A stretch of 64,000 nt of DNA from an uncultured Actinomycetota bacterium (GTDB lineage Bacteria > Actinomycetota > Actinomycetes > Streptosporangiales > Streptosporangiaceae), in contig CAWFGX010000003.1 in the NCBI GenBank assembly GCA_963815375.1, positions 6,182 to 70,181 on the forward strand. The letters are read 5' to 3'. A program made the translations under genes and the position numbers. Under the pieces are notes generated by a model. The model had not been told where the DNA came from. It saw only the letters and a program-made list of their open reading frames with translations, and did no database searches. How positions within the stretch are numbered: the stretch's first letter is position 1; every line of letters starts with the position of its first letter. Positions 48,501 to 55,339 of the stretch are shown one piece after another.

Positions 48501-48554
48501 CCGGGCAAGCTCAGCTTGCCGTCCCACCAGCTTGCCCCGCGAAGCCTCCGTCAT
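45528..48554 (-). CDS. LAL-type regulator (AAA_16 ATPase, TPR region and C-terminal LuxR HTH)
   Basis: Walker A GDAGLGKT, long helical repeats and a C-terminal [40 protein letters not shown]. I chose the start at [13 protein letters not shown]. The maximal ORF runs to 48776. Confidence 0.88.
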   Translation of the reverse strand: [1008 protein letters not shown]

Positions 48555-48661
48555 GATCCCAGTATCCCAGTTAGGTCCGACAGGCACCGAACGCATTTCC
48601 TGGGGCAACAAGGGCCGGCCAGGCGAAGCTGTTGTCGTAGCCTGCAGAGCGGAGCGCGGAG

Positions 48662-49855
48662 ATGGCCAGGTCAGCAGGACCCGAGATCGCGATCGTCGGC
48701 GGCGGGATCGGCGGTCTGGCGGCTGCGGCGTTCCTGAACCGCGCAGGGCTCGCCGCTGCAGTGTACGAGCAGGCATCAGAGCTGACCGAGATCGGCGCCG
48801 GCCTCGTGGTCGCGCCGAACGCCGCCCGGCTGCTGCGCAGGCTGGGCGTGATCGACGCCTTCCGGCGCAGCGCCGTGCGGCTGGACGTGGGATGGGAGTT
48901 CCGCCGCTGGCAGGACGGAACGGTCCTGTCCGCCGAAGACCTGGCCACTGCCTGCGAGCGGCTGTACGGCGAGCAGACGTACACCGCGCACCGCGCCGAC
49001 CTGCTGGATGTCATCAGGCAAGCCGTCCCGGGCCGAGCGGTCCGGCTGGACAAGCGGTGTGCTGGGGTCGATGCCAGCGGCGCACGGCCGCGGCTGCGGT
49101 TCAGCGACGGGGAGGTGATCGAGGCCGACGTCGTGATCGGGGCGGACGGCATCCATTCGGTCATACGTAACGGTCTTCTGGGGCCGACCGCGGCGACGTA
49201 CTCAGGCATCTGCGCCTTCCGCGCGCTGGTCCCCGCCGACCAGGCGCCGGCGTTCGCCCGCCGGCCCGCGCAGACGTTGTGGATCGGGCCCGATCACCAC
49301 CTGGTGCACTATCCGGTCTCCGCGGGCAGATTCATCAACCTGGTCGCGTTCGCCCCGGCCGAGGACTACCGCGTAGAGTCGTGGACCGCGACCGCGACCA
49401 TCGAGGAGTTCCTGGCCGAATTCGCCGCATGGGACCCGCGTCTTACTGGCCTGATCCAGGCGGCGAAAACGCCGGGACGCTGGGCGCTCCTGGACCGGGC
49501 CCCGCTCCGGCAGTGGACCAGAGGGCGGGTCACGCTGCTCGGCGACGCGGCCCACCCGATGTTCCCGTTCTTTGGCCAGGGGGGAGCGCAGGCGATCGAG
49601 GATGCGGCCGTGCTGGCCGGGTGCCTCGCGCAGAGCATCGCTGACCCCGCTGCCGGGCTGCGCCGTTATGAGGCGCTGCGGATTCCCCGCACGACCAGGC
49701 TGCAGCAGGCCAGTCACTCGCGCTCGCGCATCAATCACCTGCCGGACGGCCCTGAGCAGCGAGCCCGCGACGCGTCGCTCGGCAGCGGAGACCCGCTGGT
49801 CGCTAACGGCTGGATCTATGGCTACGACCCCGAAGCGCAGCTGGCCGAGGGGTAG
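48662..49855 (+). CDS. FAD-dependent aromatic monooxygenase (salicylate/3-hydroxybenzoate hydroxylase-like)
   Basis: IAIVGGGIGGLAAA, the DG motif (VIGADGIHS) and GDAAHPMFPFFGQG. Confidence 0.88.
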   Translation: MARSAGPEIAIVGGGIGGLAAAAFLNRAGLAAAVYEQASELTEIGAGLVVAPNAARLLRRLGVIDAFRRSAVRLDVGWEFRRWQDGTVLSAEDLATACERLYGEQTYTAHRADLLDVIRQAVPGRAVRLDKRCAGVDASGARPRLRFSDGEVIEADVVIGADGIHSVIRNGLLGPTAATYSGICAFRALVPADQAPAFARRPAQTLWIGPDHHLVHYPVSAGRFINLVAFAPAEDYRVESWTATATIEEFLAEFAAWDPRLTGLIQAAKTPGRWALLDRAPLRQWTRGRVTLLGDAAHPMFPFFGQGGAQAIEDAAVLAGCLAQSIADPAAGLRRYEALRIPRTTRLQQASHSRSRINHLPDGPEQRARDASLGSGDPLVANGWIYGYDPEAQLAEG

Positions 49856-50003
49856 AAGAGCACCACTTTGCCGCCCTCGGCGTGTCCGGGTCGACGAGGT
49901 TAATCTGCGGAACCACAGCACCTCCGCTGGACGATACGATCATCGCGTGTCCGATCCCAGGAAGGAACCAGGCGCAGCGCCAGAGCCCGAGGAACAGACC
50001 ACC

Positions 50004-50420
50004 ATGTCCTACCGGGCGGTCAGCATGGGCCTGCCCGTGCTCACTCACTCCGGCGAGCAGTTCGGCATCGTCGAGCACGTCCTCGAGGTGCCCGAGGAAG
50101 ACCTGTTCGATGGCATCGTCGTGTACACCGGGACGCTGCACAGCACGAGCCAGAAGATCGGCCGCTTCGAGATGATGCGACTGGGCCACATGAGGAACGA
50201 GATACGGTTCGTCGACGCCGACCAGGTAGCGGCTATCACGCCCGGCTATGTCAAGTGCACGTTCGAGATGGACCAGGTGGCCATGCTCCCGCTTCCCGAC
50301 GGCCCGCCGGTCCTGCACCCGGACATGGCCGAGGAGGACCGCGCTGCGACCTCGGCGACGCACCCCCGGTACGGGGGCTACTACGGCCGCTGGTTCCGCC
50401 GCCCCCGCTGGATCCGCTAG
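50004..50420 (+). CDS. Small hypothetical protein, possibly PRC-barrel-like
   Basis: The ORF is coding-like only from MSYRAV onward. LTHSGEQFGIVEHVLEV...DGIVV resembles PRC-barrel strands. The tail is Arg-rich. Confidence 0.4.
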   Translation: MSYRAVSMGLPVLTHSGEQFGIVEHVLEVPEEDLFDGIVVYTGTLHSTSQKIGRFEMMRLGHMRNEIRFVDADQVAAITPGYVKCTFEMDQVAMLPLPDGPPVLHPDMAEEDRAATSATHPRYGGYYGRWFRRPRWIR

Positions 50421-50456
50421 GTCAGCCCACCTGCATACCAGCAGTATGCTTATTGT

Positions 50457-50774
50457 ATGAGTGATACCACGATCCGGCTTGACACCGCGGTTCGCGACAA
50501 GCTCCGGGCGCTTGCGGACGAGGACCACGTCACACTGGGCGATCTGCTCGGACGGCTGGCCGAGCGTGAGCAGTATCAGCGTGAAATGCGGCGTGCCAAC
50601 GAGGTCATGGACCGGATGCGCCGCGAAGACAGCGTGGCGTGGAGAGAGTACCTGTCCGAACTGCACGACATCGATGCAGGAACGGCTCGTGACGGGCTGA
50701 CAGCGGCGGAGTCCGAGTGGCCGGAGTACAACGACGAGGGAGGAAAGGCGCCAGGTGCCCTACCAGGCCGGTGA
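50457..50774 (+). CDS. Type II antitoxin (ribbon-helix-helix-like N-terminus)
   Basis: The N-terminus TIRLDTAVRDKLRALADEDHVTLGDLLGRL is RHH-like. It overlaps the toxin gene by 20 nt. Confidence 0.7.
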   Translation: MSDTTIRLDTAVRDKLRALADEDHVTLGDLLGRLAEREQYQREMRRANEVMDRMRREDSVAWREYLSELHDIDAGTARDGLTAAESEWPEYNDEGGKAPGALPGR

Positions 50775-51093
50775 CGTGCTGCTCGCCGACCTGGACCCGG
50801 TAGCGGGCCACGAGCAAGGAGGCAGGCGTCCGGTACTGGTGCTCTCCGGTCCGTCGTACAACGAGCTACGCAACGAGCAGCTGATCGTGGCCGCGATCAC
50901 CAGCCGCCAGCGCGGGCTGCCCTTCCATGTTGCCGCGGGCACGGACTGCGGTCTGCGCACGCCAAGCTGGGTCCAGTCAGAAACGGTCCGCGCGATCTCC
51001 GCGCAGCGGGTAATCAGCCAGCTGGGACGTGCCCGCCCCGAGACGCTGGCCGAGGTCCGCAGCCGGGTCATCAACTTCCTGCGCGACTGGTAG
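50755..51093 (+). CDS. mazF: Type II toxin, PemK/MazF-family mRNA interferase
   Basis: GDVLLADLDPVAGHEQGGRRPVLVLS ... VAAITS ... RVISQLG is a typical MazF/PemK pattern. GTG start. Confidence 0.85.
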   Translation: MPYQAGDVLLADLDPVAGHEQGGRRPVLVLSGPSYNELRNEQLIVAAITSRQRGLPFHVAAGTDCGLRTPSWVQSETVRAISAQRVISQLGRARPETLAEVRSRVINFLRDW

Positions 51094-51185
51094 GACCACG
51101 CAGATACTCTGCGCGCCGCTCACAGAGACTGCGGCCGAGGTGCGAGGACAGCTGTCGATCTAGCGTCGGCCGCACGTCCGGCATC

Positions 51186-52580
51186 GTGTCGGAACTCGAC
51201 TGTATGCTCCGCTGCGTGACGGTTGCTGAACAGGTGTACCGGTATGCCCGGGCTTCTCAGCTGGTGCCTGGCGACGACGGGGATACGGTGACGCTCGCGA
51301 CGTCCGGCGGGACGAGCCCCGACGGACCGTTGCTCAGCCCCCAATTCTTCGACGGGTTCATCGGCTACGCCGAGCAGACGGCGGTGGCCTTACGAACGTG
51401 CGCGCGGGTGGCGCGGACCAGGTTCTACACCCCGATGGGAGCGCTCGCCGCGATTCTGGCCGACCCGGTGGTCACCAGCAACGGCGACCGGCTGCGGTTC
51501 GAGTCGTTTTCCTCGTGCTGCGGGGTGTACTCGCGGCTCGACCTGCTGCCCGGTGCGCTGGACGGCGCCATGCTCGGCACCGGGACGACGAACGTGGACT
51601 TCGGCCCGGCCATCCGCGGGGCTCTGGCCCAGGTTGCCGGGCTGGACCCGATGCGCCTGAGCGTCGGGGCCGACGACGTGAGGCTGCGGACGCTCGACGG
51701 CGAGGCGGTCGAGCGGCGGGTGCCCCTTCCCCGGCGGTGGCTGAAGGGCTTCGCCGAGGTTCAGCTGGCCGCTGCCGGTATGACCGTGGCCGCAGACCTC
51801 GACCGGGCGACGGCCCGGTCATTCCTCCGCGAGCTGCCGCGCACCTGGCGCGGGCCCGCCTGGGCGGTTCCGGCGGGACGCGGCCTGAGGATCTCTCCGC
51901 GTGGCGGTCCGGGCGCCGTGTGTGCCGGAGGGCCAGACCGGCTGCGGGCGGCCGAGCCGCTGGCCCGGTTTGTCACCGGGCTGCGCGTGTACGGGACAGC
52001 CAGCCTGGACGGGCGGCCAGGCCCCAGCGCCTGGGAGTTCAGGATGGCCGACGGCCGGTTCTGGCTGGTGCTGAGCCCAGAGGTCAGCCGGGGGTTCTCC
52101 GGCGAGGGGGCGGTGCTGCCCGACCTCGCCGACGGCCAGGTCAGTCTGGATGCCGACATGATCGCCGCCCGGCTGGCCTGGGAGCCGCGGATCGACGTGA
52201 CTCGGCTGGCCGCTGACGCCGCGGTGCCCGGCGAGCGGGTGATACGGGCACTGGGCCGGCTTGGCGCGGCCGGGCGCGTGGGCTACGACCTCGCCGACGG
52301 CTGCTACTTCCACCGGGAGCTGCCGTACGACCCGGGAGCCTTCGAGGCTATGCACCCCCGCCTGGCTGATGCGCGCGGTCTGGTCCGGGACGGCGCGGTC
52401 ACGGTGACAGCCGACGGCGTGATCGTCACCAGCGGCAGTGTCCGCTACCAGGTAACTCGCGACGCCAATGGTGACCCGTGCTGCACCTGTGCCTGGTGGG
52501 GCAAGTACCACGGCGGCCGCGGCCCCTGCAAGCACGTGCTGGCGGCTCAGCTAGCCAGCAGTGAGGCCGCTGCGCGATGA
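51186..52580 (+). CDS. SWIM zinc-finger family protein (YehQ-like architecture)
   Basis: C-terminal SWIM CxCxnCxH motif: PCCTCAWWGKYHGGRGPCKHVLAAQL. The N-terminal domain of about 400 aa is uncharacterised. Confidence 0.8.
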   Translation: MSELDCMLRCVTVAEQVYRYARASQLVPGDDGDTVTLATSGGTSPDGPLLSPQFFDGFIGYAEQTAVALRTCARVARTRFYTPMGALAAILADPVVTSNGDRLRFESFSSCCGVYSRLDLLPGALDGAMLGTGTTNVDFGPAIRGALAQVAGLDPMRLSVGADDVRLRTLDGEAVERRVPLPRRWLKGFAEVQLAAAGMTVAADLDRATARSFLRELPRTWRGPAWAVPAGRGLRISPRGGPGAVCAGGPDRLRAAEPLARFVTGLRVYGTASLDGRPGPSAWEFRMADGRFWLVLSPEVSRGFSGEGAVLPDLADGQVSLDADMIAARLAWEPRIDVTRLAADAAVPGERVIRALGRLGAAGRVGYDLADGCYFHRELPYDPGAFEAMHPRLADARGLVRDGAVTVTADGVIVTSGSVRYQVTRDANGDPCCTCAWWGKYHGGRGPCKHVLAAQLASSEAAAR

Positions 52581-55276
52581 CATCGGAGGAACTAGGCGCG
52601 GCCATTGACGCCAAGGACGCAGCCGCCGTGATCGCGCTGCTGCTGAACGCGTCCGAGCAGGAGCGCATCCGCTGCGCGAGCGTGGCCCGCGAGCGCCTGA
52701 GGAGGCCGTCCTGGTTGTACATGGACGATCGCGAAGTCCCGCGCATCCACGCACTGGCCGACCCCCAGGAGCAGCTTGCTGCCGTAGAGCAGTGGCAACG
52801 GCGCTTCCGGGCCCGTCGGCACGAAGCTGCGGTGCCGGGTCTGGCCGTGCTGGGCACCGCGCGCAGCCCCCGCCAGGCTGCCGAGGCACTCAACGTGATC
52901 GACAGCGACAGCGAACAGCAGGCCGTGGCTGTACTCGCTCAGCGCCCGGCCGCGTGGCTGGCGGACTTCTGCGAGCACGCGATGTCCAGCCAGTCGGGTA
53001 ATCCGCCCACCGGGTGGCGACTTGCCCGGGCGCTGGTCCGTGGCGGGCATGTGACCAGGCCACGCTCGCCGTCCTACATCTGCCTCATGCCCTGGGCACT
53101 CACCTACTCTGACGGGCCTGGCCAGCCCCTGCTTCGCGACGCGCTGCTCGCCGACCCCACCCTGCTCCAAAACGAGATCTTCGAGCTGTTCACAGTGGAT
53201 GACACTGGCGCAGCCCTGCTCACGCACGACAACTACAGCGACAAATCGCGCTCGAACCGCGGCGGCAGCACCTATCCGGAATGGACCTGGCGGGTCACCC
53301 TTGCCGGGCTGGCGGCCGACGGGCACATCGACCGGGACAGACTGCTCGACGCCTGCCTCGGCGCCTTCTTCCGCGACTTCCCGGCGAGCCAGCTCACCTG
53401 GTACATCCGTCTGCACGAGGAGCTGGCACCGGATGCCGGCGAACTGGCCGCACGCTCCGGGAGGTACCTGCGCCTGCTGGCCGCCGACGCCGGGACTGCC
53501 GTGGGCCTGGGGCAGAAAGCGATCACGACGCTGCTCAAGAGCGGGCGGATCGACCCGGCCGAGATCGTGGCGGCCTCCAGTCCGGCGCTGGTCCGGCCGG
53601 AGAAGAAATACGCCGTGGCACAGCTGCGGCTGCTGGACACGGTGACCCGCCGGCACCCGGGCCTGGCCGAGCGAGCCGTTGAGGCGGCGTCAGCCGCGTT
53701 CGAGCATCCGCTGGCCGAGGTCCAGGAACGAGCGCTGGACCTAGTTGCCCGCTGCGACGGCCACGTCGGCACCGCAGCGCGGGAGAAGCTGCGTTCCGCC
53801 GCTGCGTCGCTGGCGCCGTCGCTGCGCTCCCGGTCGGAAGCCGTGCTGGGCGGCTCAAGCCCTGAGCCCGAACCAGTGCCGGAGCCAGCGGTTACGGCCG
53901 CCGCACCCGCGGTTTCAGCAGGGCCGCCCCGCCTGGCCAGCCTGGGCGAGTTCGCCAGCACCACGGCGGCACTCGCCGCCGACCCGTGGAATCCGCTGCT
54001 GGCCGAGCAAGTCATCGACGCGATCGCCAGGTTCGCCGCTGACCGCGCGGCGTTCACCGCGGCGCTGGCCCCGCTGGCCCGGCATCTCGAAGGCCCCGCC
54101 GTTAACACCGACGAGCCGTCGCTGCGCGCGCTGACCTGGATCCTGCAGGGTGCAGTACCGGAAGGCGACATGCTGCAGCAGCTCAGGGCCTGGCGGTGGG
54201 CAGCAGGTGGGGGTCGCCGCACAGCCGGCCTTACCCCCCGCGCGCTGCTCGCCGACCGGATCTGGGAGGCCTGTAGCCGCAGCGCTGACGGCGAGGCCCG
54301 GCACCTGCTCGCCTACCCCGACACCGCCGCCGGGCACGTCGACCCGGACCGGGTCGTGGCCGAGGTGGCGGCCATGGAGGACGCCGGCACCCAGCCGTGG
54401 CCCGACGACCTCACCCAGGCGCTGCTGCGGCTGCCCCGCAGCGCCGACGGGCAGGTGATCGCGGCGGCGGCGCGGCTGCAGTCCGGCGCCGGGTGCGCCC
54501 TGGCCGACGTGCTGCGCCGCGGAGCCGTTGCCGACCCGCTGACCGAACTCGGGCATGACAGCCGCGGCGTGCTGCTGGTGAACTCCGGCGTGCACGGCGT
54601 CGCCCCCGTGAAGATGCGCCCCGACCCGGAGGCGCCGGTGACTGGGGAACTGCTTCCCGCCATCTGGGAGCTGAGAGAGTACGACGACGTCGCGTGGCCG
54701 GGCAGGGAGCTGCTGGTCTGGGCGCACGCACTGCCCTCGCACCGCGAGGTCGTCGCCGCGCACGCCCTCCAGGTGATGTCTCGCGTGGACTTCGGCCTGG
54801 GCTGGATGCGCCCGGACGTCCGGTTCGTCGCCGGCCTGCCGGATATGGAGGGGCCGGCCGGGCCCGCAGTCGTGCTCACGGTCGCGTACTCGCTGTTCGC
54901 GCACGATCCCGCGCACCGCGCGGCAGCCGTCGAAACGCTTATCGGGTTCGCACAGCGCGGCGGGATCGACGGCACCGCGGTCGGGCTGATGCTGGGCGAG
55001 ATGAAAGCGGTCTGGCCGGGCCGGGTCGCCGAGTGCCTGCAGTCGGCCGCCGCCGACCCGGCAGCCCGGCCGCTGGCCTGGCAGATCGCCAGCGCAGCGA
55101 TCCCCGGCGTGCTCAGGTCAGGGACCAGGGACACCCACCGGCTGCTGTCGGTAACCGCCGACCTGGCCGTCCAGCTCGGCGTGCGGGCTGACATCGACGG
55201 GCTGGCGCAGGCCGCGGCGGCCAAGGGCGGCACCCGGCTGGCGCAGGAGGCGCGGCGTCTGCAGGCGCTGATGTGA
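52577..55276 (+). CDS. Large (899 aa) all-helical uncharacterised protein coupled to the SWIM gene (possibly the DUF6493 family, from memory)
   Basis: ATGA start/stop overlap with the SWIM gene at 52577-52580. GC3 is high throughout. It is Leu/Ala-rich and looks like a helical repeat. I see no catalytic motif. Confidence 0.7.
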   Translation: MTSEELGAAIDAKDAAAVIALLLNASEQERIRCASVARERLRRPSWLYMDDREVPRIHALADPQEQLAAVEQWQRRFRARRHEAAVPGLAVLGTARSPRQAAEALNVIDSDSEQQAVAVLAQRPAAWLADFCEHAMSSQSGNPPTGWRLARALVRGGHVTRPRSPSYICLMPWALTYSDGPGQPLLRDALLADPTLLQNEIFELFTVDDTGAALLTHDNYSDKSRSNRGGSTYPEWTWRVTLAGLAADGHIDRDRLLDACLGAFFRDFPASQLTWYIRLHEELAPDAGELAARSGRYLRLLAADAGTAVGLGQKAITTLLKSGRIDPAEIVAASSPALVRPEKKYAVAQLRLLDTVTRRHPGLAERAVEAASAAFEHPLAEVQERALDLVARCDGHVGTAAREKLRSAAASLAPSLRSRSEAVLGGSSPEPEPVPEPAVTAAAPAVSAGPPRLASLGEFASTTAALAADPWNPLLAEQVIDAIARFAADRAAFTAALAPLARHLEGPAVNTDEPSLRALTWILQGAVPEGDMLQQLRAWRWAAGGGRRTAGLTPRALLADRIWEACSRSADGEARHLLAYPDTAAGHVDPDRVVAEVAAMEDAGTQPWPDDLTQALLRLPRSADGQVIAAAARLQSGAGCALADVLRRGAVADPLTELGHDSRGVLLVNSGVHGVAPVKMRPDPEAPVTGELLPAIWELREYDDVAWPGRELLVWAHALPSHREVVAAHALQVMSRVDFGLGWMRPDVRFVAGLPDMEGPAGPAVVLTVAYSLFAHDPAHRAAAVETLIGFAQRGGIDGTAVGLMLGEMKAVWPGRVAECLQSAAADPAARPLAWQIASAAIPGVLRSGTRDTHRLLSVTADLAVQLGVRADIDGLAQAAAAKGGTRLAQEARRLQALM

Positions 55277-55339
55277 GCGCGGCCGCAGCCGGCGAACAAC
55301 CCCGGGCGGCACGGTCGCCCACGGAATAGAATGGTTACC

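Noticed and set aside
49572-50003. The N-terminal half of ORF 49572..50420, and the 239-287 aa minus-strand ORFs in the same area.
   Set aside because: They overlap the FAD monooxygenase gene in other frames and have artefact-like composition. Only the segment from 50004 onward looks coding.
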